Shown in pieces: positions 9,347 to 18,217 of a stretch of 40,000 nt of DNA. Source of the stretch: Cyanobacteria bacterium P01_G01_bin.39 (lineage in GTDB: Bacteria; Cyanobacteriota; Cyanobacteriia; Cyanobacteriales; Xenococcaceae); assembly GCA_039180345.1 (NCBI GenBank), contig JBCDDK010000008.1, positions 4,643-44,642 on the forward strand, given 5' to 3'. The notes beneath the pieces are model-generated. The model searched no databases. It was not told the origin of the DNA and was given only the letters and a program-made list of their open reading frames with translations. The first letter of the stretch is position 1, and each line of letters begins with the position of its first letter. The position numbers and the translations under genes were made by a program.

Positions 9347-10567
9347 ATGAAAATTCTTATATCCGCTTATGCTTGCGAACCGAATAGAGGTTCAGAACCA
9401 GGCGTTGGCTGGCATACTGTGTGGGAATTAGCTAAAGATCATCAAGTCTGGGTTCTCACTCGTCCTGATGATGGAAGACCTGCAATTGAAAAGTATCTGA
9501 GGGATAATCCCAATCCCAATCTCAATTTTGTCTACTTTAACCTACCTATATTGGGAAGTTTTTGGCAGTGGGGTTCAATAGCTTTTGTCTTGCACTATTA
9601 TTTATGGCAGATTCAAGCCTATTTTGTTGCTCGCCTTTTACATCAAAAAATAGACTTTGATGTTGCCCATCATGTTACTTTTGTCCGTTATTCTACCCCT
9701 AGTTTCATTGCACTACTACCTATTCCCTTTGTCTGGGGTCCCGTAGGAGGAGGCGAAACAGCACCCCAACCGTTTTGGCAAGATTTCAGCACGAAAGCAA
9801 AAATTTACGAACTTCTTCGTCTTGCCGCTCATCGAGTGGGAGAATTAGACCCTTTTGTTCACCTAACAGCTAAACGAAGCCGAGTTGTAAAAGCAACTAC
9901 CAAAGATACCGCCGCCAGAATTGCTTTATTAGGAGCAAATAAGATTGAGATCGCTTCTGAGTCCAGCTTATCCCGAGCCGAAATTACGCTGCTCGAACAA
10001 TTGCCTTTACCAGAATCTCAGGCAATCCGCTTCATTAGTATGGGTCGTCTCATTCATTGGAAAGGATTTCACTTAGCTTTAAAAGCCTTTGCTCAAGCAA
10101 AATTAGACTATGCCGAATATTGGCTTTTGGGAGAAGGAGTAGAAAGCCAAAAATTACAGCAGCTAGCGGCTGAATTAGGTATTGCTCATCAAGTCAAGTT
10201 TTTTGGTAGACTACCTCGTCAGGAAACCTTAGCGACTCTGGGACAAACACATATCCTGGTTCATCCTAGCTTACACGATTCTGGAGGCTGGGTCTGTTTG
10301 GAAGCAATGGCAGCAGGTCGCCCCGTGATTTGTTTAGATCTCGGTGGTCCAGGAGTCCAAGTTACGGCAGAAACTGGAATCAAAGTTCCAGCTCACTATC
10401 CAGAGCAGGTGGTAGAAGATTTGTCTGAGGCAATGAGGCGTTTAGCTAGTGATTCCACTCTACGTCTTAAACTCGGTCACAAAGGTCAAAAAACCGTAAA
10501 GGAAATTTATAACTGGCATGCCAAAGTGCAAAAAACAGAACAATTGTATGGACAAATAGCCCAATGA
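9347..10567 (+). CDS. glycosyltransferase family 4
   Basis: The N-terminus MKILISAYACEPNRGSEPGVGW is typical of a GT4 subfamily. SMGRLIHWKGFHLAL and HDSGGWVCLEAMAAGRPVICLDLGG are also present. Confidence 0.85.
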   Translation: MKILISAYACEPNRGSEPGVGWHTVWELAKDHQVWVLTRPDDGRPAIEKYLRDNPNPNLNFVYFNLPILGSFWQWGSIAFVLHYYLWQIQAYFVARLLHQKIDFDVAHHVTFVRYSTPSFIALLPIPFVWGPVGGGETAPQPFWQDFSTKAKIYELLRLAAHRVGELDPFVHLTAKRSRVVKATTKDTAARIALLGANKIEIASESSLSRAEITLLEQLPLPESQAIRFISMGRLIHWKGFHLALKAFAQAKLDYAEYWLLGEGVESQKLQQLAAELGIAHQVKFFGRLPRQETLATLGQTHILVHPSLHDSGGWVCLEAMAAGRPVICLDLGGPGVQVTAETGIKVPAHYPEQVVEDLSEAMRRLASDSTLRLKLGHKGQKTVKEIYNWHAKVQKTEQLYGQIAQ

Positions 10568-10650
10568 GAAACCGCAAACTAGATTTATTGAGAATCTAAA
10601 AATCTTACTAAACCTGAGTTCGAGTTAAGAACATTAGACTGTTAGGATAG

Positions 10651-10748
10651 CCATAAGCCATAAGCCATAAGCCATAAGCTATAAGCTATAAGCCATAAGC
10701 CATAAGCTATAAGCCATAAGCCATAAGCTATAAGCTATAAGCTATAAG
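10651..10748. repeat. tandem heptamer array, 14 copies of C[C/T]ATAAG (STRR-like)
   Basis: Read directly. The copy order of the CC and CT variants is CC x4, CT x2, CC x2, CT, CC x2, CT x3. It lies in the 343 nt gap between the GT4 gene and the methyltransferase gene. Confidence 0.95.
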
Positions 10749-10910
10749 ACTTTTAAGCGATCAAACTTCTTATTCACCTTAAGTAAGCAATATTATTTAT
10801 GCCTCTTCAGTACTGCTCATGAGAGGTAAATTAAGCGTGACTATTTTTTGATTATTGCTTCCATTATTTACTTTATATCCATCAACTATTATTTTTGACA
10901 ATTAATTTCA

Positions 10911-11828
10911 ATGATAAGTACCAAAAACAATGACTATCAACAGTTAAAGATATTTCTATCAGATCACAAAATCGTAAATTTTGAGGGAGAAATACCTACT
11001 TGTTCTTTCAAGCAGACTCCAGCAATCACCGCTAATCAATTCTATTTTAATTACATCCAATGGGTAAAAACCTATTTTGATAGTTGTCATAGAGATCCAG
11101 CTTTTCGCGAACGTTGGCTGGCCGTGACAGGTAGTTGGGACAACAAAATAGTAGTAGATATTGGATGTGGTCCTGGAAATCTTTACGCCACACTTCAAGG
11201 AAATCCTCAATTATTGATTGGTATCGACGTAGCCGAAGGCTCTCTAAAGATGGCTGAAAAAATAGGATATACTCCCTTTCTTGCTGATGCTCATGATTTG
11301 CCCCTGAGATCAGAATTCGCCGATATTGTAACTCTCAACGCAGCATTACATCACTGCGAGGATATGAATCGTGTTTTGACAGAGGCAGCACGCTTAGTTC
11401 GTCCTGGAGGAATGCTGGTTATTGATCACGACCCTCAGTTGTCGGCATGGGATTATCGGGGCATTGGTTTGTGGCTATACAAAATACGTTTATCAATAAT
11501 TTATCGCTGGTTTTTAAAAAGTCTAGATATTCCTAAAACTGAAAGACTGACGGCATTAGCAACCGAAATTCATCATAAACCAGGTGCTGGAGTAACTAAA
11601 GAACTGTTCTGGCAAACTTTAAAACCTTTGGGATTTCAAGTCGAAATTTATCCTCACAACAATGCTATAGGTGCTGCTGCGCTTCAAGGAAAATATGGTA
11701 ATCCTCCTCACTGGCGTTATCGAGTGGGTCAACTGTTGTCAGGCATAAATCCCTATTCAGAGTCTTCTGCTTTGTCTCTCATGTGTGTTGCCACACGTCC
11801 GCAGAAAATCAGTCCCAAACCCAGGTAA
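10911..11828 (+). CDS. class I SAM-dependent methyltransferase
   Basis: Motif I is VVDIGCGPGNL, with DIVTLNAALHH and RPGGMLVIDHDP downstream. Confidence 0.85.
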   Translation: MISTKNNDYQQLKIFLSDHKIVNFEGEIPTCSFKQTPAITANQFYFNYIQWVKTYFDSCHRDPAFRERWLAVTGSWDNKIVVDIGCGPGNLYATLQGNPQLLIGIDVAEGSLKMAEKIGYTPFLADAHDLPLRSEFADIVTLNAALHHCEDMNRVLTEAARLVRPGGMLVIDHDPQLSAWDYRGIGLWLYKIRLSIIYRWFLKSLDIPKTERLTALATEIHHKPGAGVTKELFWQTLKPLGFQVEIYPHNNAIGAAALQGKYGNPPHWRYRVGQLLSGINPYSESSALSLMCVATRPQKISPKPR

Positions 11829-11836
11829 ATAATAAT

Positions 11837-13018
11837 ATGAATATCTTGCTAGTCCATAACCAATATCAGCAGTTAGGAGGAGAAGACTCAATTCTGGCTA
11901 CAGAAGCAAAACTTTTAGAGTCTTACGGTCATCGAGTACATCGCTATCAGGTCACGAATCATCAATTAAAGGAGATGAATCCTTGGACTTTGACCAAAGC
12001 CACCCTCTGGAATAGTGAGGTTCATCAAGAAATTAGAACTTTAATCAAAAAATTTAAACCCCAAATTGCCCATTTCCACAACACCTTTCCCTTAATCTCT
12101 CCTGCTGCTTATTACGCGGCACAAGCGGAAGGAGTACCCGTAGTGCAGACAATCCATAACTTTCGGCTATTTTGCGCTAATGCTCTATTTTTTCGCGAAG
12201 GTAAAGTTTGCGAGGAATGTTTAATCCAAAAAAACCCTCTGCCAGGAATTATCCATTCTTGCTACCGCAATAGCAGAACCGCCAGTACCGCCGCGGCTTT
12301 GACCGTTAAATTACACTCATTGATTGGTACCTGGTCAAATGCGATAGATACCTTTATCGTTTACAGTCATTTTGCCCACAAAAAATTGGTTCAGGGTGGA
12401 CTACCTGCTGAGAAAATAGCTTTTAAAACCAATTTTCTTTATCCTGTTCCTCAAGTAGGAGATGGTGCAGGTAATTACGCCTTGTTTGTCGGCAGACTTG
12501 CCCCTGAAAAGGGTATCAATGTGATGCTTGAAGCGTGGCAACAGCTAGACAATAAAATACCTTTAAAAATAGTAGGGGATGGTCCATTATCTGCTGATGT
12601 AGTCAAAGCCACAAAAGAGATTCCTGGAGTGGAATGGCTTGGTAGCAAGCCTCTTGCTGATGTCTATGAATTAATGAAACAAGCCTCTTTTTTAGTAATA
12701 CCTTCCGAGTGGTATGAAACTTTTGGCAGAGTGGGGATCGAAGCATTGGCGACAGGGACTCCACTCTTGGTATCGGAAATTGGCGCACTGGCAGAATTAG
12801 TTACGCCCGAGAACGGACTCTTATTCAATCCTGGCGACTCTAGTGATTTAGCAGCTAAAGCAAAATCATTAGTTGCCCACCCCCAAAGGCTGATGCAAAT
12901 GCGCCATGGAGCAAGACAATCATTTGAAGCTAAATACTTGGCTACGGACAACTACCATCGGCTGATGGAAATTTACAACGCTCTAATCTATAAATCACAG
13001 ACAGCGATCGCTAATTAA
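11837..13018 (+). CDS. glycosyltransferase family 4
   Basis: I place the start at ATG 11837 (MNILLVHNQYQQLGGEDS). The ORF-track start at 11783 would overlap the preceding gene by 46 nt. FVGRLAPEKGI, IVGDGP and SEWYETFGRVGIEALATGTPLLVSEIG are present. Confidence 0.85.
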   Translation: MNILLVHNQYQQLGGEDSILATEAKLLESYGHRVHRYQVTNHQLKEMNPWTLTKATLWNSEVHQEIRTLIKKFKPQIAHFHNTFPLISPAAYYAAQAEGVPVVQTIHNFRLFCANALFFREGKVCEECLIQKNPLPGIIHSCYRNSRTASTAAALTVKLHSLIGTWSNAIDTFIVYSHFAHKKLVQGGLPAEKIAFKTNFLYPVPQVGDGAGNYALFVGRLAPEKGINVMLEAWQQLDNKIPLKIVGDGPLSADVVKATKEIPGVEWLGSKPLADVYELMKQASFLVIPSEWYETFGRVGIEALATGTPLLVSEIGALAELVTPENGLLFNPGDSSDLAAKAKSLVAHPQRLMQMRHGARQSFEAKYLATDNYHRLMEIYNALIYKSQTAIAN

Positions 13019-13172
13019 GGTTAAGCAGTGGCAAATAGGGCGTTGTTAATTAAAGGGATGACTTGCAACTTGTAGCTTTTGGCTATTAGCTGTGTGTGAT
13101 TAAAAAAAAGTTAACTATACAAATCATCCCCTAACTGGGCAACGCCACAAATAGTATTGAATCATAATAAAC

Positions 13173-15230
13173 ATGTTTTCTTTTGGATTTAGCTCTCAGA
13201 AAATTAAGTTAATTTGCTTTTTTTTAATGGGAGTCATTTTGGTATTTTTCTTGCCAACATTGCTCAGTAGCAGAGCAGAAGTATCCACAGCAGTCAATTT
13301 TAAGTTTCCCCCAGGAAGTGTCGTCGATCTGGTTTCAGAGTATGAGGTTATACCCAATGATGGATTAGACGATACTGCCAGAATCCAAAAAGCTTTAAAT
13401 GACTACGCCGATCAAAATCGCATTTTGTATTTAAAAAATGGAGTCTATGATATTTCAGATACTTTGACCTTTGCTGGAGAGCAACGGTTTAATACGCTCC
13501 AGGGACAAAGCGAAGCCAAGACCATTATTCGCTTGCGCGATCGCTCGCCTCTATTTGCCCCTCAAGTAGGGGAGAGAAAACCATTGCTCAACATACCCCA
13601 TAGAGGCAGTGCGGATCGCTTTCAAAATGGGATCTACGACCTTACTTTTGATGTGGGGTCAGATAATCCCATGGCGGATGGACTCTGGTTTATTAGTAAC
13701 AATCAAGGGGGTTTACGAAATGTCACCATCACCTCTGGTGACCAGGAAGGAGTAGGGTTATCTTTGGGCGCAGGTCTTAATGGTCCGATGTTAGCCAAAG
13801 CAATTACCATCGAAGGCTTTGACGTTGGTATTCGCACTGGCAATGCAGTCAATAGTCAAACTTTTGAGGATATTCATCTTAAAAATCAAGGGTCTGCTGG
13901 TATTTATAACGTTCAGCAGGTAATAAATATTAGAAAATTAGTCAGCGAACAACAGTTACCCATTCCCGCCCTAATCAACGGCGACGATCCAGCAAGTGCG
14001 CCCCATTGGTTCGGGTTAGCAACTATTATCGATTCTACCCTCAAGTATACAGGTGAAAATTTTGCTCCCTATGCGATCGCTGCTGTCGGGAATGCCTATG
14101 GCAGGAACGTAGCTATAAAAGGATATAATAATGCCGCATTTATGGATTATGCTAACTTCCGCCAAGGTCTAGTAGACCATGAATTACTTCCTTTGAGAGG
14201 AGTGGGCATTACTGAATGGACAAAATCATATCGGGAAGATTCTCGTACTGATTTGACAAATCGTTTGTTTGACAATGGAATAGACACATCACTTTCATTG
14301 CCAGCTCAAGATACTCCAGACGTACCTTGGGATAAACTTTCTAGGTGGCTCAATGTAGCTGATTTTGCGGTGGGAGATGGTCAGAGTGACGATACTGCCG
14401 CATTTCAAGCTGCAATCAATTCTATGCAGCCTGGAGGTAAAAATGAAGGTAAAACAACGTTATATATCCCAGGCGGCGTCAAATTTCGGCTCAAGGGAGT
14501 AGTAGAAATATCAGGTCCCGTTCGTCGCATCATTGGTCTTGCTGGTCGAGTGCAGGGAACTATTAATGGTGTAACTACAGGAGGATTTCGGATAGTAGAT
14601 TCTGGCAGCAAAGATGCGCCACTGGTTAGATTTGAGCGCATCTCTGGCTTTGGCTCAAATTTTCTGTTGGAGCATCAAAGTAAACGAAAGCTAGCGGTAG
14701 TTAATACTGCTGGCGTAAAAATTGATTCTAATGGCAGGGGTAACTTGTATTTAGAAGATGTGGTGGCTAGTTTTGCCAGTTTTAACAATGCCAAGCAAAG
14801 GATTTGGGCGCGGCAATTCAATACCGAAGGGCGGGGAACTAAAATAACCAACCAAGGAGCCAAGCTATGGATTTTTGGGCTAAAAACTGAAAGATTTGGG
14901 ACTGTTGTGGAAACTTCATCGGGTGGTTTTACCGAAGCAATCGGTGGGTTTATTTATCGCGTTGCCAAAACCGCTGAGGACAATGCTCCCATGTTTGCCA
15001 TTAATAATGCCCAGGCCACTTTTGCTGGTATTGCGGAAATGGATGCTACTCCAGCAGCAGACAGAAATTACTCAACAATTATGTCGGAAACTAGGAATAA
15101 AACCGTAAAAGTAGGAAAACGAGAGAATTTTCCCACTGGTCGCCATAATGGTTCTCGGGTTATTTATCTATATGTTGGAGCAACTCAAAAAGTGCCGACA
15201 AATTCTGATAAAGCTGTAGAGAAATTATAG
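13173..15230 (+). CDS. secreted tandem right-handed beta-helix protein (pectate-lyase-superfamily, GH55-like glycanase candidate)
   Basis: N-terminal signal peptide (LICFFLMGVILVFFLPTLLSSRA/EV). Two copies of the helix-start motif are present: NDGLDDTARIQKALN near aa 62 and GDGQSDDTAAFQAAINS near aa 402. Each is followed by YLKNG/YIPGG. Confidence 0.7.
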   Translation: MFSFGFSSQKIKLICFFLMGVILVFFLPTLLSSRAEVSTAVNFKFPPGSVVDLVSEYEVIPNDGLDDTARIQKALNDYADQNRILYLKNGVYDISDTLTFAGEQRFNTLQGQSEAKTIIRLRDRSPLFAPQVGERKPLLNIPHRGSADRFQNGIYDLTFDVGSDNPMADGLWFISNNQGGLRNVTITSGDQEGVGLSLGAGLNGPMLAKAITIEGFDVGIRTGNAVNSQTFEDIHLKNQGSAGIYNVQQVINIRKLVSEQQLPIPALINGDDPASAPHWFGLATIIDSTLKYTGENFAPYAIAAVGNAYGRNVAIKGYNNAAFMDYANFRQGLVDHELLPLRGVGITEWTKSYREDSRTDLTNRLFDNGIDTSLSLPAQDTPDVPWDKLSRWLNVADFAVGDGQSDDTAAFQAAINSMQPGGKNEGKTTLYIPGGVKFRLKGVVEISGPVRRIIGLAGRVQGTINGVTTGGFRIVDSGSKDAPLVRFERISGFGSNFLLEHQSKRKLAVVNTAGVKIDSNGRGNLYLEDVVASFASFNNAKQRIWARQFNTEGRGTKITNQGAKLWIFGLKTERFGTVVETSSGGFTEAIGGFIYRVAKTAEDNAPMFAINNAQATFAGIAEMDATPAADRNYSTIMSETRNKTVKVGKRENFPTGRHNGSRVIYLYVGATQKVPTNSDKAVEKL

Positions 15231-15277
15231 AAAATCAATGAGTTTACCAATAATCTATAAACTCTAGAGTGTAATTA

Positions 15278-16660
15278 ATGATTAGCAAAAGTAAATCTGG
15301 TCAAATTGCTGCCAATACCGAAATCAAACCAAGTCAGAAAAAAGGTACTATTGCCAACTCTAATCTAATATTATTTGCCTTTGCTACAGCCTTTTTTTCA
15401 CGGATAGTTGATACTTTTGGCGCACCAGCACTAGTTAACTTCACCCATTTTGCAACTGTTCCTCTCGCCTGCGCGATCACCTTACTGACTAGTCAAAATA
15501 GAAATAAAGAGTCTATTAAAACTACTGGCTTAATCATTCGCGGGCTATTTTTGCTATTGAGCATATCTATAGCCAGCGCTATAGTCAACGAAGCAGGGGT
15601 AATTAATGCACTGCTTAGTTTTATGTTATTGTCAGAGCCATTTATCTTTTTAGTAGCTATTATTTATATCCCCTTATCTTGGAACAAATTTATTAACCTA
15701 AAAAAATGGTTTTTTAGATTTTTTACAATTCATCTGTTATTAGTATTTGTTCAGAAATATATCTTAAAAACTGATACTTGGCACTGGATAGGAATGGAGG
15801 GTGCAGATAGAATTCAAGGAGTATTTTTTATCTCTGGTTCAGGTCATGTTGTTGGTTGTTCCGTATCACTAACATTTGCCATATACTACTTTGTACAAGC
15901 CAAAAAATCTCCATTATGGTTAAGAATTGCGTTAGTTCTGTGTGCGCTTAATAATATTATAATTGCTGATGGAAAACAAGTAATACTAACTTTTGCAGTA
16001 GCAATGATTTTGCTACTTTTAGCAAAATTAAATGACATTGTGGTTGCTGCTAAATATATAGTAATAGCAACAATATTAGGCTCCATATTTTGGTGGTGCA
16101 TTGTCAACTTGCCTGCTTTTGACGCTTTTAATACCTGGATCAGACCAGAAATCTATGGTGCCGAAGGTGATGCAACCCTGTTGAAAACAGCAGCTTTTAG
16201 AATTATTCCAACTCATTATGATTCAATTTTGAATTGGTTTTTTGGTTTGGGACCTGGTCATTCAGTCGGACGGTTAGGGGGATGGATGCTACGGCAATAT
16301 GCAGATTTATTAGCACCCTTGGGTTCAACAGTTCATCCTGCTAGCAGAGAAGTTTGGCGAGCAGTAGCCAATAGTTGGTTGGGAAGTCAGTCTAGTATGT
16401 TTTCTCCCCTGTTTGGTTGGGCCGGTATCTGGGGAGATTTAGGATTTTTAGGATTGGCTGCATATTTAAATCTAGGTTTGGTCGTCTGGCAGCGAGTTTG
16501 TGTCAACGATGTCTCCAAGTTTTTCTTGCTAACTGTAGTTGTCTTTGGTCTGATATTTTCCCAGCTAGAAGAACCTGGCTATATGTTGTCTATTGCCTGT
16601 ATTATCGGCATCCAGTATCAGGAATATCGGATTAAACGAAGCAAACATAAATTGCGATAA
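15278..16660 (+). CDS. polytopic membrane protein, O-antigen polymerase/ligase-like (Wzy candidate)
   Basis: 460 aa with about 10-12 hydrophobic spans. A long loop is followed by WFFGLGPGHSVGRLG, which resembles the GxGxG segment of the Wzy/O-antigen ligase family. It sits in a glycan locus. Confidence 0.55.
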   Translation: MISKSKSGQIAANTEIKPSQKKGTIANSNLILFAFATAFFSRIVDTFGAPALVNFTHFATVPLACAITLLTSQNRNKESIKTTGLIIRGLFLLLSISIASAIVNEAGVINALLSFMLLSEPFIFLVAIIYIPLSWNKFINLKKWFFRFFTIHLLLVFVQKYILKTDTWHWIGMEGADRIQGVFFISGSGHVVGCSVSLTFAIYYFVQAKKSPLWLRIALVLCALNNIIIADGKQVILTFAVAMILLLLAKLNDIVVAAKYIVIATILGSIFWWCIVNLPAFDAFNTWIRPEIYGAEGDATLLKTAAFRIIPTHYDSILNWFFGLGPGHSVGRLGGWMLRQYADLLAPLGSTVHPASREVWRAVANSWLGSQSSMFSPLFGWAGIWGDLGFLGLAAYLNLGLVVWQRVCVNDVSKFFLLTVVVFGLIFSQLEEPGYMLSIACIIGIQYQEYRIKRSKHKLR

Positions 16661-16736
16661 GGATCTTAATTCAGGCTTTGCTACGAAGGTTTCAAACCTA
16701 CAACACTGATAATAGGCGATCGCCGCTAACTTAAGT

Positions 16737-18167
16737 ATGCCTAATTTTCGTTCGACTTCAAATAGAACCTTAAATAACCTGGGACAAGTATGGTCTAAAG
16801 CCAGGCTTACTCTAGCTGAGTTGGACTCGGTACGCTTCCTGGCTAAATATTGGTCTTATTTTTTAGTAGTCAGCAATGTAGCAGTAATTCTAATCGTAAC
16901 CCTACATCCATATAGCTTTGTTCATCAAGACTATGCCGTTTTAATAATGCGGTTTAAGCGTTTCTTTAATTCCCCTGGTGATATCTATGATCTAATTTCT
17001 AATGTCCTGCTGTTTGTCTTATTAGGATTTGGTTTAGGAAGAATATTGCAGCGGCAATCTGATAGTAAGGTTTTAATCTTAATTATTAGTCTGCTTGTCA
17101 GTACCAACCTCTCTTTAATCGTAGAAATTCTCCAGATGTTTCTACCTAGAAGAACTTCTAGTCTTTGGGATTTACTGGCAAACACAATCGGTGGAGTGGG
17201 CGGCACCATGGCTTTTTTCTTCTGGCAGTCCACCTGGATCAGTCTAAATAGACGTCGGTTGAATCGAAGTAGACTGTCATTGACAGCAGTCAGCTATACC
17301 CTACTGGTATTGTGCTTGATGTTTGCACTCCAGCGCGCCCATAACTTTAGCAACTGGAACCCCAACTTCCCTCTATCGATTGGTAATGAGCCTACAGGCG
17401 ATCGCCCTTGGCAGGGAAGGATCGAGCAGGTTTACTTTGCGACTCATTCGTTGTCTAAAAAGGAAATAGCCCAGACATTCAGCACAGAACATAGCTTAAC
17501 TACGCCTTGGTTCACAGGTTATCAGTTGACGGGAAATGGTGATTATGCCGACCAAAACGGGCGATCGCCAAATTTATCCTGGCAAAAAGTTCCGCCAACC
17601 AAAGACACTCAAGGGATGATATCTCTGAGCCAACAACATTGGTTACTAACACCAGAACCAGCTATAAAGCTAAATCAAGCTCTTAAAAAAACATCTCAAT
17701 TTAGTCTATTGACTACAGTTGCCACCAAAGATACTCACCAAACTGGACCAGCGAGAATTATCTCTCTTTCAGATAGCCCCTTTCGACGCAATCTGACTAT
17801 TGGACAGCAGAATTCTGGAGTAGTAGTCCGTTTGCGAACACCTCTAAGCGGACTCGGACAAAGCAATACCAATCTGACTTTTCCTAATATCTTGGCAGAC
17901 ACCAAGCCCCATCAGTTGCTGTTTAACTTTGATGGTAAAACCTTACAGCTATTTGTTGATCACCCTAAGGAGGTACATACCTTGAACCTATCACCAGCAA
18001 TTCTCTTTTTCCATTTTTTACCAGCTATCGGTATTCGCGGCTTTCAAATTACCCCCACGAATAAATGGATGCTACAGCTAGCCTTTTATGGGCTAATGCT
18101 ATCTCCACCAGCAGCTTTAGTGGTGTTGTCCAAGTTTAACAACACCACGCCAGAAAATACTGCTTAA
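16737..18167 (+). CDS. VanZ-like membrane domain fused to a LamG (concanavalin-A-like) domain
   Basis: The N-terminal half has four or more TM spans and the VanZ-like segment IVEILQMFLPRRTSSLWDLLANTIGGVGG. The C-terminal half has LamG-like strings: GDRPWQGRIEQVYFATHSLSKKEIAQ, TGPARIISLSDSPFRRNLTIGQQ and HQLLFNFDGKTLQLFVD. Confidence 0.65.
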   Translation: MPNFRSTSNRTLNNLGQVWSKARLTLAELDSVRFLAKYWSYFLVVSNVAVILIVTLHPYSFVHQDYAVLIMRFKRFFNSPGDIYDLISNVLLFVLLGFGLGRILQRQSDSKVLILIISLLVSTNLSLIVEILQMFLPRRTSSLWDLLANTIGGVGGTMAFFFWQSTWISLNRRRLNRSRLSLTAVSYTLLVLCLMFALQRAHNFSNWNPNFPLSIGNEPTGDRPWQGRIEQVYFATHSLSKKEIAQTFSTEHSLTTPWFTGYQLTGNGDYADQNGRSPNLSWQKVPPTKDTQGMISLSQQHWLLTPEPAIKLNQALKKTSQFSLLTTVATKDTHQTGPARIISLSDSPFRRNLTIGQQNSGVVVRLRTPLSGLGQSNTNLTFPNILADTKPHQLLFNFDGKTLQLFVDHPKEVHTLNLSPAILFFHFLPAIGIRGFQITPTNKWMLQLAFYGLMLSPPAALVVLSKFNNTTPENTA

Positions 18168-18217
18168 AGTCAGACTTTCTGTTTAAACACTTTAAATTTA
18201 TTAAACATCAAAAACTC

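Noticed and set aside
10651-10748. Considered whether the repeat arrays (also 9212-9249 and 19368-19416) could be CRISPR arrays.
   Set aside because: The units are 7-8 nt and directly abutting, with no spacers, and no cas genes are present. These are microsatellite/STRR-type repeats.
11783-11836. ORF-track N-terminal extension (MCCHTSAENQSQTQVNNN) of the GT4 gene.
   Set aside because: It overlaps the last 46 nt of the preceding methyltransferase gene in another frame. ATG 11837 begins the conserved GT4 N-terminus MNILLVHNQY.
14896-15108. Same-strand out-of-frame ORFs inside longer genes (14896-15108, 16417-16635, 18876-19100).
   Set aside because: They are embedded in well-supported CDSs in a different frame and have Leu/Arg/Pro-rich off-frame composition and no motifs.
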